Shown: positions 55,026 to 64,000 of the stretch, piece after piece | Layout: each line of letters opens with the position of its first letter | How positions within the stretch are numbered: position 1 is the first letter of the stretch | Source: an uncultured Bacteroidales bacterium | GTDB taxonomy: Bacteria; Bacteroidota; Bacteroidia; Bacteroidales; UBA7960 | Direction: 5' to 3' | DNA: 64,000 bases | NCBI GenBank assembly: GCA_964348755.1 | Contig: CAYGDW010000003.1 | Span: 2,313-66,312 of the forward strand | Position numbers and translations under genes: made by a program | Notes under the pieces: model-generated | Databases searched by the model: none | Told to the model about the DNA's origin: nothing | The model's input: the letters and a program-made list of their open reading frames with translations, nothing else

Positions 55026-57863
55026 ATGAAAAATCCACTATTGAAACTTTTTATTAGTTTTTTGATTCTGCTTACAGGGGTGGCCGGGCTCATGGCCCAG
55101 GTTACCATGAACCCCCCACTGCCTACTGCAGCGGGTCAGGTAGTGCTTACCTTCGATGCTACAGGCACCCCGTTGGCTGGTCATACTGGCAATTTGTATG
55201 CACATACGGGAGTTACCATTCAGGGTGCTGCCAACCCTGCCGACAATGGCCGCTGGAAGTATGTGATTGGCTCATGGGGAAATAACATTACCCAGCCCCA
55301 GTTTACACGTACTGGCCCTAATACGTACCATCTAACGCTTGGCCCAAGCATTCGACAGTTTTATAATGTACCCGAAAACCTGACCATTACTGAGATATGC
55401 CTTGTAATCCGCTCAGGGGCCACGCCTATTTTGCAAACAAGTCCCGATATTTTCCTCACGGTGGTTCAGCCCGGTCTTACTGTGGCAATTATCGCTCCTA
55501 CCGGTATGCAACCAGTATTTGATTTGAACCAAACGGTTGTTATTTCGGGCACAAGCAACCTGTCAACCTCACTTTCTCTTTTTGTAAATGGAACCTTAAC
55601 CGCCACCACCACCCAGACAAACCTGACCCACAACTGGGTTGCAACCAGCACTGGAAGGCATAATGTGCGCATGGTTGCCCAGGATGCTGGTCAGCAAACA
55701 GCCGAAGCCACCACTTATTTTTATGTTCGTGGACAGGTGCCTGTGGCTCCATTGCCAGCAGGGGCAAAAAACGGTATAAACTACATTGACGACAGGACAG
55801 CAACCCTGGTTTTGCATGACCCGCCCGGACTAAAACAATATGCATTTGTCATTGGCGATTTTAACAACTGGGAGCTAAGCGACAATTATTATATGAACCG
55901 TACTCCCGATGGCAAACACTTCTGGCTTACAGTATCAAACCTGACTCCCAACACCGAATACGCCTTTCAGTATTATATTGATGGGAAGTTGCGCCTTGCC
56001 GACCCCTATACACACAAGGTGCTCGACCCCTGGAATGACAAATGGATTCCGGCAACTACTTATCCCAACCTGAAGCCATACCCTGAAGGGAAAACTGAAG
56101 AGATTGTAAGCCTATTGCATCCGGCCAGGCCTCAGTACCAGTGGCAAACAACAAATTTTACCCCGCCAGCCCGCCGCGACTTGGTGATTTACGAATTGCA
56201 TATACGCGACTTTGTAGATACCCGGGCCATAAAATCGGTGCAGGAGAGGCTCGATTACCTGCAAACCCTGGGCGTAAACGTGATAGAGTTAATGCCTATC
56301 AATGAGTTTGAAGGTAACAGCTCCTGGGGCTACAACAGCTCGTTTTACTTTGCCACCGACAAGGCCTATGGCGTCATTAACGACTACAAGGCATTTATTG
56401 ACGAGTGCCACCGGCGTGGCATTGCCGTTGTAATCGACATGGTGCTTAACCATAGCTTCGGGCAGTCGCCATTGGTACGTATGTATTCGAAATTAAACCC
56501 CTGGGAGCCTTCGCCCGCGAACCCCTGGTTTAATGAGTTTTGCCCTCACGAGCCCTGGTGCTGGGGTGCCGACTTCAACCACCTGAGCCCGCATACCCAG
56601 GCTTTTGTTGACCGCGTAAATGAATTCTGGCTTACAGAGTTTAAGGTCGATGGCTTCCGTTTCGACTTTACAAAAGGCTTTACCAATGCACAAACAGCCA
56701 ATCAGGGCTGGAACTACGATGCGGTAAGGGTAGCGCTTCTGAAACGAATGGCCGACCACATTTGGAGCATAAACCCAAACGCTTATGTAATTCTGGAGCA
56801 TTTTGCCGACAACAGCGAGGAAAAAGAACTGGCTGATTATGGCATGCTTATTTGGGGCAATATGCACCACAACTACCAGGAAGCTGCCATGGGCTGGATC
56901 GAAAACAGCAATTTCCAGTGGATATCGCACCGAAACAGGAATTACAACCACCCGCATTTGATAGGCTATATGGAAAGCCACGATGAAGAGCGCATGATGT
57001 TTAAGAACATAAACTTTGGCAACAGCACCAACCCCCAACACGACATAAAGAGTCTGAATGTGGGTTTGCGTCGGGTTGAACTTGCCGCAACATTTTTTCT
57101 TACTATTCCCGGCCCAAAGATGATCTGGCAGTTTGGGGAGTTGGGCTACGACTTTTCGATAAACTTTTGCCCGCATAACAACACAATAAATAATGCCTGC
57201 CGTACCGACCCCAAACCGGTGCGTTGGGATTACCTTCAGGACTGGCGTCGCAAAAGGGTATATGATGTTTTTTCGTTGCTGGCCAACCTGAAAACCACTC
57301 AGGATGTGTTTCGCACCAACGACTTTTCTCTTGACCTTGGCGGGGCCGTAAAGCGCATCTGGCTCAATCATACCAGCAACAGGGTTTTTATAATTGGCAA
57401 CTTTGGGGTAAATGAAGCAACCGTCAATACAGGTTTTCAACAAACAGGCACCTGGCACGAGTATTTTACCGGTCAAACCCTTAATGTAACCACCACCAAT
57501 ATGCAGATGAGCCTTCAGCCGGGCGAATACAGGCTTTACAGCACCGTGGCTTTCCCTGCCCATGGCCTGCCCCTTAGCACCCAGGACCCGCTTTTTGAAC
57601 TGCCAACCGAGGTGCGTGTTTTCCCGAACCCATCGGCCGAGGGGTTCTGGTTTGAAGTACCAGTAAATACCGCGGGTAAAGTATCCCTCGAGGTGTTTAA
57701 CCTACAGGGGCAGCAGGTTTACCGCCAGGAGCATGAAGCCTTGCCAGGCACCAACACTTATTTCTGGAATGGCTTTGCAGGCAACAGAGAAAAAACCGGA
57801 CTGTACTTTTACAGACTCAGCACCGGCGATCAGCTCTTTTCAGGAAGACTAATGGTAAGATAA
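55026..57863 (+). CDS. GH13 alpha-amylase-family enzyme with N-terminal Ig/CBM48-like domains and a T9SS C-terminal sorting domain
   Basis: Signal peptide, an E-set/CBM48-like 'FVIGDFNNWE...KHFWLTV', the GH13 regions 'DMVLNHS', 'VDGFRFDFTKG', 'ILEHFAD' and 'YMESHDEE', and a CTD 'VFPNPSAEGFWFEV...GLYFYRL'. Confidence 0.85.
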   Translation: MKNPLLKLFISFLILLTGVAGLMAQVTMNPPLPTAAGQVVLTFDATGTPLAGHTGNLYAHTGVTIQGAANPADNGRWKYVIGSWGNNITQPQFTRTGPNTYHLTLGPSIRQFYNVPENLTITEICLVIRSGATPILQTSPDIFLTVVQPGLTVAIIAPTGMQPVFDLNQTVVISGTSNLSTSLSLFVNGTLTATTTQTNLTHNWVATSTGRHNVRMVAQDAGQQTAEATTYFYVRGQVPVAPLPAGAKNGINYIDDRTATLVLHDPPGLKQYAFVIGDFNNWELSDNYYMNRTPDGKHFWLTVSNLTPNTEYAFQYYIDGKLRLADPYTHKVLDPWNDKWIPATTYPNLKPYPEGKTEEIVSLLHPARPQYQWQTTNFTPPARRDLVIYELHIRDFVDTRAIKSVQERLDYLQTLGVNVIELMPINEFEGNSSWGYNSSFYFATDKAYGVINDYKAFIDECHRRGIAVVIDMVLNHSFGQSPLVRMYSKLNPWEPSPANPWFNEFCPHEPWCWGADFNHLSPHTQAFVDRVNEFWLTEFKVDGFRFDFTKGFTNAQTANQGWNYDAVRVALLKRMADHIWSINPNAYVILEHFADNSEEKELADYGMLIWGNMHHNYQEAAMGWIENSNFQWISHRNRNYNHPHLIGYMESHDEERMMFKNINFGNSTNPQHDIKSLNVGLRRVELAATFFLTIPGPKMIWQFGELGYDFSINFCPHNNTINNACRTDPKPVRWDYLQDWRRKRVYDVFSLLANLKTTQDVFRTNDFSLDLGGAVKRIWLNHTSNRVFIIGNFGVNEATVNTGFQQTGTWHEYFTGQTLNVTTTNMQMSLQPGEYRLYSTVAFPAHGLPLSTQDPLFELPTEVRVFPNPSAEGFWFEVPVNTAGKVSLEVFNLQGQQVYRQEHEALPGTNTYFWNGFAGNREKTGLYFYRLSTGDQLFSGRLMVR

Positions 57864-57948
57864 AGCTACTGCCAAAAAGGCCAAACATTGAGTTGAAATG
57901 AGTTGGCCTAAATAATAAAAACAGACACAGGAGTATGTTCATAAAATT

Positions 57949-58018
57949 AAAACCCGCTTACCGGAGCCTGGTCGCCTTCACAAAGAGGCAGACATATAAG
58001 TCACGGTAAACGGGTTTT
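57949..58018 (-). terminator. Long-stem terminator-like hairpin downstream of the VOC gene
   Basis: AAAACCCGCTTACCG (57949-57963) pairs with CGGTAAACGGGTTTT (58004-58018) in 14 of 15 positions. The single mismatch becomes a G-U pair in the minus-strand RNA, which is followed by UUUUAAUUUU. The loop is about 40 nt. Confidence 0.5.
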
Positions 58019-58049
58019 GATTTTCGGTCTAAAACGGATCACCCTCATG

Positions 58050-58556
58050 TCAGGCCATTGCTTCAAGCAATAGGTTGTCGGTATCAAGAGCCCGGGTAAA
58101 CATTTCTACAGAGCCATCGGGTTTTTGAGGCCATTGATCGCGGGGCTTGTCCCAGTAAAGCTCAATCCCGTTCTGGTCGGGATCTTCGAGGTAAATGGCC
58201 TCTGAAACGCCGTGGTCGGATACGCCTCCAATGGGGTAGCCGGCATCTAACAAACGCTTTAGAATTGCCGCAAGGTCTTTGCGGGTAGGGTAATTGATCG
58301 CTACATGAAAAAGACCAGTACTGGCGCGCGGGGCTGGCCGGCCTCCTTTGCTGTACCAGGTGTTAAGACCGATATGATGATGGTAACCTCCAGCCGAAAC
58401 AAAGGCCGCATCGGAACCATAGGTGGTAACCAGGTCGAAACCAAGCAAGCCGCAATAGAATTCAAGCGCATTTTTAATATCAGAAACCTTTAGATGAACA
58501 TGGCCAATGCTGGTGCCCGATGGGGTTTTGTAGCCATTGTTAGGATAAGTTTTCAT
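58050..58556 (-). CDS. VOC-family (glyoxalase/extradiol dioxygenase-like) protein
   Basis: 'IGHVHLKVSDIKNALEFYCGLLGF' and 'HHHIGLNTW' indicate a VOC fold. Confidence 0.75.
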   Translation of the reverse strand: MKTYPNNGYKTPSGTSIGHVHLKVSDIKNALEFYCGLLGFDLVTTYGSDAAFVSAGGYHHHIGLNTWYSKGGRPAPRASTGLFHVAINYPTRKDLAAILKRLLDAGYPIGGVSDHGVSEAIYLEDPDQNGIELYWDKPRDQWPQKPDGSVEMFTRALDTDNLLLEAMA

Positions 58557-58737
58557 TAGCTTTCCAAAATTTTGATAAACAGACCGATATTAATCAACTA
58601 AGTTAATGAAAAATTGCCTTAACAAAACCCTCATCAGACAGAGATGGTACTTTTGGGGTTGTAAAAACAATGGACTGCCGTCAAACAATTTTGTTAAAAA
58701 ACCATTTAAACATTATTAAAACAAAAAAACAAAAACT

Positions 58738-59319
58738 ATGGGATATACACTTGCACCCGGTGAAAAAGCGCCGGATTTCAGCTTGCCGGCAACCGACGGA
58801 AATTTTTACAGTTTGAATGATTTTACCGATTTTCCCGTGTTGGTAATCTTTTTTACCTGCAACCACTGCCCGTATGTTATTGGCAGCGATGAGTCAACAA
58901 GGCAAACAGCGCAGAAATACTTTGACAAGGGCGTTAGATTTGTAGCCATTAATTCAAACAGCCAAAACACTTACCCCGAAGATAGTTTTGCAAACATGAT
59001 GCGGCGCATGGATGTGTATAAATTTCCGTGGCTTTACCTGCACGACAAGAGCCAGGAAATTGCCCTTGCATACGGGGCGCTAAAAACTCCACACTTTTTC
59101 GTTTTTGACCACAACCGAAGTCTTATCTATACCGGAAGGGCCATTGACAATCCGCGCGAGGCAGCCAAATCGACTATATATGACCTCGAAAAAGGCCTGA
59201 ACGAGCACCTTGCAGGCAAACCCTTAAGCGCACCTCTAACCAATCCCATTGGATGCAATATAAAATGGGATGGCAAAGATCCTAAATGGATGCCACCCGA
59301 AGCCTGCGACCTGGTTTAA
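58738..59319 (+). CDS. Thioredoxin-fold (AhpC/TSA-TlpA-like) family protein
   Basis: '[16 protein letters not shown]' and the CxxC-type 'CNHCPYV' motif. Confidence 0.75.
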   Translation: MGYTLAPGEKAPDFSLPATDGNFYSLNDFTDFPVLVIFFTCNHCPYVIGSDESTRQTAQKYFDKGVRFVAINSNSQNTYPEDSFANMMRRMDVYKFPWLYLHDKSQEIALAYGALKTPHFFVFDHNRSLIYTGRAIDNPREAAKSTIYDLEKGLNEHLAGKPLSAPLTNPIGCNIKWDGKDPKWMPPEACDLV

Positions 59320-59485
59320 CCGTTTTTAAAAGATAATACCTTTCGGGAAATTTAATAAATACAGGCTGCTGAGAACAGGTTTTTTACTGAAGCCGTCCAA
59401 TAAGGCCGGTTCGGGCATAATGCCATTTTGATTACCGGCCTCCATGCTCAAAACTCTTTATCTTTGCCCATTTACTTTTTGAAAC

Positions 59486-60256
59486 ATGCGCATTATTTCA
59501 TACAATGTAAACGGCATTCGTTCGGCCATTAGCAAAGGGTTTCTTGATTGGCTAGCAAACGAACGGCCTGATGTGGTTTGCCTGCAGGAAACCAAAGCAC
59601 AACCCGACCAACTGCCGTTGTTTCATTTTGAAGAGCTGGGCTACCACAGTTTCTGGCACTCGGCCAAAAAGAAAGGGTACAGTGGCGTGGCCATTCTGAG
59701 CCTAACCAAACCCGAACATGTGGAGTACGGCATGGGCAACCCGCTATACGACAACGAAGGAAGGGTAATGCGGGCAGACTTCGGCCCCATTTCGGTAATG
59801 AGTGTGTACCACCCAAGCGGCAGCAGTGGCGATGAGCGGCAGGCTTTTAAAATGCAGTGGCTCGGGCATTTCATTGAGTATATGCATGAGATCAGGAAGC
59901 AACGGCCACGCCTGGTCGTTTCGGGCGATTTTAATATTTGTCACCATCCCATCGACATTCACGACCCGGTTCGAAACGCAACCTCATCAGGCTTTCTGCC
60001 CCAGGAGCGCGAATGGGTTACCCGTTTCCTGGCAACTGGCTTTATCGACACCTTCCGTCATTTTGTAAAAGCACCACACCATTACTCATGGTGGAGTTTT
60101 CGGGCCAGCTCACGCGCCAAAAACCTCGGCTGGCGCATTGATTACAATATGGCTACCGACAACCTGCAGTCGGACCTAACTTCTGCTGGTATAATGCCTC
60201 AGGTAATCCACTCTGACCACTGCCCGGTTTGGGTTGATTTAAACCTGGTCGTTTAG
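59486..60256 (+). CDS. xth: Exodeoxyribonuclease III
   Basis: 'ISYNVNGIRSA', 'VCLQETK', 'GDFNICH' and 'SDHCPVWVDL'. Confidence 0.9.
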   Translation: MRIISYNVNGIRSAISKGFLDWLANERPDVVCLQETKAQPDQLPLFHFEELGYHSFWHSAKKKGYSGVAILSLTKPEHVEYGMGNPLYDNEGRVMRADFGPISVMSVYHPSGSSGDERQAFKMQWLGHFIEYMHEIRKQRPRLVVSGDFNICHHPIDIHDPVRNATSSGFLPQEREWVTRFLATGFIDTFRHFVKAPHHYSWWSFRASSRAKNLGWRIDYNMATDNLQSDLTSAGIMPQVIHSDHCPVWVDLNLVV

Positions 60257-60368
60257 CTTTTCAGGCCAAAAAAAATCACTTCACCAGTTTTTTGTATTTT
60301 TACACTTTCGTGAAATGGTTAGCCAAGTTTGGTGTATAACGCATTGAATTAAATAAAAACCCCAAAAT

Positions 60369-61331
60369 ATGAACAGAAACCTTTTTATTGTAATTGTTTT
60401 GACCGCAATTTTTGCGATTGGGTGTGTTCCGGCCCGCAAATACCAGGATCTGGAAGCCCGCTTCAATGCCGAAACCCTCGAAAAGGCAGAGCTGCAACGG
60501 CGAAACGAGATTGCCGATAACCGCATAGAGCAGATGACCCGCGAGCTTCGGTTGCTTCGGGAGGATACCACCCGCTTGGGCCTGAATATCAGATACCTTA
60601 CCCAGAACCTCGAAACCCTTAGCCGCACCCATCAGTTTATGCAGGAACAAAACGAGAAACTGCTTGCAGGCCGGGCTACCGAAACCCAACAGGTGCTGGC
60701 CCGGCTTCAGGAAACCCAAAACGACCTTCAGCGCCGCGAAGATGAGCTGCGCCAAAAGGAACACAACCTTAATTTGCTTTTGGCCGAGTTTGCCGCAAAA
60801 GAAGCCAGGGTAAACGAACTCGAAAGTATCTTGAAAAGGCAGGAGGCTGTGGTGCAGGAACTCAGGCGCACCGTATCAAACGCTTTGCTGGGTTTCGAAA
60901 ACAACGGGCTGACCATACAAATAAGGCATGGAAAGGTATATGTATCGCTCGAAGAAAGCCTTTTGTTTGCCTCGGGAAGCACAACCGTTGACCGCCGTGG
61001 CGAAACGGCCCTGCGCCAGCTTGCCAGGGTTCTGGAACGAAACCCCGACATAAACATAATGATTGAAGGACACACCGACGATGTACCCCTGCGCGCCGGG
61101 GCGGCCATACGCGACAACTGGGACCTGAGCGTGCTGAGGGCCACTGCTATAGTGCGCATTTTGATGAGTAGCGCCACCATTGAGCCGCGAAGGATAATGG
61201 CAGCCGGCCGCGGCGAGCACATGCCAATAGACCCTGCACGAACCGCCGAGGCCCGGCGTAAAAACCGACGTACCGAAATAATTCTCACCCCAAAACTCGA
61301 TGCCTTGTTTCAGATTATTGAAATGAATTAG
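60369..61331 (+). CDS. OmpA-family lipoprotein with a long coiled coil
   Basis: Lipobox 'FAIGC', about 150 aa of heptad-like sequence, and a C-terminal OmpA/MotB domain 'GHTDDVPL...NWDLSVLRA...RRTEIIL'. Confidence 0.8.
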   Translation: MNRNLFIVIVLTAIFAIGCVPARKYQDLEARFNAETLEKAELQRRNEIADNRIEQMTRELRLLREDTTRLGLNIRYLTQNLETLSRTHQFMQEQNEKLLAGRATETQQVLARLQETQNDLQRREDELRQKEHNLNLLLAEFAAKEARVNELESILKRQEAVVQELRRTVSNALLGFENNGLTIQIRHGKVYVSLEESLLFASGSTTVDRRGETALRQLARVLERNPDINIMIEGHTDDVPLRAGAAIRDNWDLSVLRATAIVRILMSSATIEPRRIMAAGRGEHMPIDPARTAEARRKNRRTEIILTPKLDALFQIIEMN

Positions 61332-61351
61332 CATGAAAATGGAAAAAAATG

Positions 61352-61379
61352 AAGCCGGGTTTTTTTGCCCGGCTTTTTT
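61352..61379 (+). terminator. Rho-independent terminator after the OmpA-family gene
   Basis: AAGCCGGG / CCCGGCTT stem followed by TTTTTG. Confidence 0.7.
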
Positions 61380-61477
61380 GTACTTGGGTATCAACATTTA
61401 ATTAAAAAATATTGACCCCTTTTATTTATTCAGAAAACCAATTTATCTAACTTTATGCGAACCAAAAACCAAAACCA

Positions 61478-62935
61478 ATGAATAAGCTCAACCTTACACT
61501 CGACAACCTGGACCAAATGCTACCTGACACCTTCAGCTCGGAACAAAAGGCAAAAGCCAAAACCTTTTTTTACAAAGAGCTTGCCCTGAAAGCCCACAAA
61601 TTTTATAACGGCAAGATGCAAACAGTGCCAAAGGCTCCGGTTTTGGGCTTTAATTGGTTCAATGCCTGGTACACCCCTGGCGTTTCAAAAATCTCGACCT
61701 CCATTCGCGACAATAACGACACTTCTTACGAACTCTCAAACCGCGGCAATTTGGTAGCCGTTGTAAGCGACTCTACAAGGGTGCTGGGCGATGGCGACTG
61801 CAGCCCGGCCGGTGGCCTTGGCGTTATGGAAGGCAAGGCTTTTTTGATGAAATACCTTGGCGGGGTCGATGCCATTGCACTTTGCGTTGACAGCAAGGGG
61901 ACTGATGGAAAAAACGACCCCGAAAAAATCATTGAATTTGTAAAAATGTGCCAGCACAGTTTTGGCGCAATAAACCTAGAAGATATTTCGCAGCCCAATT
62001 GCTACCGCGTGCTCGATGTGCTTCGCGAGGCATGCGACATCCCCGTTTGGCACGACGATGCCCAGGGCACGGCCTGTGTTACCCTGGCTGCACTTATCAA
62101 TGCCTTAAAACTTGTTGATAAAAAAATTGGCGATGTAAAAATTGTATATTACGGGGCCGGAGCCAGCAACGCCACCATTGCCCGCATAATAAACCTGGCC
62201 GGAGCCGACCCCTCAAGGTCTGTTATGTTCGACACCAGCGGAGCCCTGCACCTGAACCGCAGGGATATTGCAGCCGACAAGCGTTTTTACCGCAAGTGGG
62301 AATTGTGCCAGGTTACCAACCCCGAATTTGTTGAAGACATTTTAGATGCCATGAAGGATGCTGATGTACTCATTGCGCTATCGCAGCCAGGGCCCGATGT
62401 GGTAAAACCCGAATGGATTAGAGCCATGGCTTCAAAACCAATTGTATTTGCCTGCGCCAACCCGGTGCCCGAAATTTATCCTTATGCTGCCAAGGAGGCC
62501 GGCGCTTACATTGTTGCCACTGGCAGGGGCGATTTCCCCAACCAGGTAAACAACTCCATTGGCTTCCCAGGCATTCTTAAAGGAGCACTTATGGTAAGAG
62601 CCCGAAAAATTACTGATGAAATGGCCATTGCCGCTGCCAACGCCATTGCCCGTTATTCTGAAAAGCGCGGAATTGACCCCGAAAATATTACCGCCAAAAT
62701 GGACGAGCCCGACGTTTTTCCCATCGAAGCTGCAGATGTGGCCATGCAGGCCATAAAAGATGGCGTGGCTCGCAAACACATGACCTGGCAGGAGGCATTC
62801 GACACGGCAAAAGCTGATATTGCCCATGCCCGAAAAACCACCAACTTTATGATTGACCACGGGCTGATTGCCTCACCTCCACATGAACTTATTGATGAAG
62901 CCTTGCAGGCGGCCATTGAATACGCAAAACAATAA
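61478..62935 (+). CDS. NAD(P)-dependent malic enzyme
   Basis: 'VAVVSDSTRVLGDGD', 'GGLGVMEGKA', 'INLEDIS', 'FHDDQHG'-like 'WHDDAQGTA', and the Rossmann motif 'YGAGASN'. Confidence 0.9.
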   Translation: MNKLNLTLDNLDQMLPDTFSSEQKAKAKTFFYKELALKAHKFYNGKMQTVPKAPVLGFNWFNAWYTPGVSKISTSIRDNNDTSYELSNRGNLVAVVSDSTRVLGDGDCSPAGGLGVMEGKAFLMKYLGGVDAIALCVDSKGTDGKNDPEKIIEFVKMCQHSFGAINLEDISQPNCYRVLDVLREACDIPVWHDDAQGTACVTLAALINALKLVDKKIGDVKIVYYGAGASNATIARIINLAGADPSRSVMFDTSGALHLNRRDIAADKRFYRKWELCQVTNPEFVEDILDAMKDADVLIALSQPGPDVVKPEWIRAMASKPIVFACANPVPEIYPYAAKEAGAYIVATGRGDFPNQVNNSIGFPGILKGALMVRARKITDEMAIAAANAIARYSEKRGIDPENITAKMDEPDVFPIEAADVAMQAIKDGVARKHMTWQEAFDTAKADIAHARKTTNFMIDHGLIASPPHELIDEALQAAIEYAKQ

Positions 62936-63026
62936 GCACTGCAAAAGGGTTTGCATTTTCTGTATATCTTTGCCTTTGCCCGTTTAAAAAAACGGGGCAG
63001 TAGCGTTTTTAGCCCAAAAAAGACTT

Positions 63027-63617
63027 ATGATAGCATTTGTTGAAGGAATCCTTGAGGAAAAAAACCCTGCTTATGTGGTGATAAACTGCAATGGCACAGG
63101 CTATATGCTTCACATTTCATTACACACATATAGCCAGCTGCCCGACCTGGGTTCGGTAAGGATTTTTACCCACCAGGTTATCCGCGAAGATGCGCATTTG
63201 CTTTTTGGGTTTGCCCAGACCGACGAACGCGAGCTTTTCCGACAGCTCATCTCCGTTAGCGGGGTAGGCCCAAATACAGCACGTATGGTTCTTTCGAGCC
63301 TTTTGCCGGCCGAAGTAAAAAACGCCATCGTAAATAACAATGTTTCTTTGCTTCAGTCAATAAAAGGTATTGGCGCCAAAACAGCCCAGCGTATGGTGGT
63401 CGATTTGCGCGACAAGATGGAAAAAGAGGGTGTTTTTAAAGATGGGAATTTGGTTTTTGAAAACAATACTACGCATGAAGAAGCGTTATCAGCATTAGTA
63501 ATGCTTGGTTTTGCAAAAAACGAAGCCCAAAAGGCCCTTGCATCAATACTTAAAAAGAAGCAGGGCCTTTCGGTAACCACCGAAGACCTTGTAAAGGAGG
63601 CATTAAAAGGATTCTGA
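63027..63617 (+). CDS. ruvA: Holliday junction DNA-binding protein RuvA
   Basis: 'MIAFVEGILEEK...', the HhH motifs 'LISVSGVGPNTARMVLS' and 'LQSIKGIGAKTAQRMV', and a C-terminal domain III. Confidence 0.9.
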   Translation: MIAFVEGILEEKNPAYVVINCNGTGYMLHISLHTYSQLPDLGSVRIFTHQVIREDAHLLFGFAQTDERELFRQLISVSGVGPNTARMVLSSLLPAEVKNAIVNNNVSLLQSIKGIGAKTAQRMVVDLRDKMEKEGVFKDGNLVFENNTTHEEALSALVMLGFAKNEAQKALASILKKKQGLSVTTEDLVKEALKGF

Positions 63618-63640
63618 TTCAGCAAAAATCGTTTTCAACT

Positions 63641-64000
63641 TTGGGAATTATCAGGCGCATTGTGGTTGTAATTTTGGGGGCCTGGCTGTTGGGTGCTCTT
63701 GCCCTTTTTGCCCTTGATACTACTTCAACCAATGCCACATCCGGTTTTTTTGCTCATACAAACATGGTTGACCAGGACCCACAGCAGCCGGTTCGGCATG
63801 CTGTTGTACCCCCGCCTTTTGGCCATTCCGAAGCCTTAAACCTAACTGGAGGTTTCAACCTTCCCGACCCGCCCAACATAGTTTCTGAAATTAATTTCGA
63901 CCCTGCAACAGGCAATTATGTTAAAACCCGGAGGGTTGGCGACCGCCTTGTTGAACGGCCATTTTATATTAGCTTTGAAGACTATCTGAAATTCGACATG
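63641..64000 (+). CDS. sprA: Probable T9SS translocon/gliding protein SprA, N-terminal fragment running off the window
   Basis: The frame is open to the window end and was hand-translated as '(L/M)GIIRRIVVVILGAWLLGALALF...LPDPPNIVSEINFDPATGNYVKTRRVGDRLVERPFYISFEDYLKFDM'. It has an N-terminal anchor and SprA-like early segments, and ruvA-sprA synteny is common in Bacteroidota. The start codon (TTG 63641) is uncertain. Confidence 0.55.
   Translation, partial: MGIIRRIVVVILGAWLLGALALFALDTTSTNATSGFFAHTNMVDQDPQQPVRHAVVPPPFGHSEALNLTGGFNLPDPPNIVSEINFDPATGNYVKTRRVGDRLVERPFYISFEDYLKFDM

Noticed and set aside
56493-57563. 356-aa ORF antisense to the secreted GH13 gene
   Set aside because: This is a shadow ORF. 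The sense strand carries all the GH13 conserved regions.
1-64000. CRISPR arrays, transposases, phage or defence-system genes
   Set aside because: Scanning intergenic regions and all ORF translations revealed no regularly spaced repeats and no recognisable integrase, transposase, nuclease-ATPase or toxin-antitoxin signatures.

Overview
This looks like a chromosomal, mostly housekeeping segment of a Bacteroidota genome. Supporting signs are T9SS C-terminal sorting domains, a PorV/PorU-like gene pair, sprA directly after ruvA, and TAnnTTTG-type -7 promoter boxes. The metabolism points to an anaerobic, starch-using, propionate-type fermenter. I call about 54 CDS, 2 of them cut by the window edges, and one tRNA-Gly(CCC). 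Recognisable blocks include:
- a sigma-54 two-component pair
- pdxJ and a queuosine-precursor transporter
- an MFS sugar transporter with malQ
- the five-gene Na+-translocating methylmalonyl-CoA decarboxylase operon (epimerase, alpha, delta, biotin carrier, beta)
- a REC-PAS-kinase with a LuxR-type regulator
- a tyrS-GH13-mgsA-GH13 co-oriented gene run (possible operon)
- lnt, queG-ruvB, an S9 peptidase and two TetR regulators
- a PorV-like barrel coupled to a 1,664-aa C25/PorU-like protein
- a MacB-type permease with its adaptor
- an AsmA-like protein, aroC, a T9SS-secreted GH13, xth, an OmpA-family lipoprotein, malic enzyme, ruvA and the start of sprA

I found no CRISPR array, integrase, transposase, or recognisable defence or toxin genes. 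The items most worth a second look are:
- the PorV-like/giant C25 module with its trailing small repeat protein
- a monocistronic Cys/Ala/Gly-rich secreted protein
- a 532-nt non-coding region with nested inverted TAAGG-dyad repeats
- a roughly 100-135-nt intergenic element present twice

All functional calls come from reading motifs in the supplied translations. No database search was possible.
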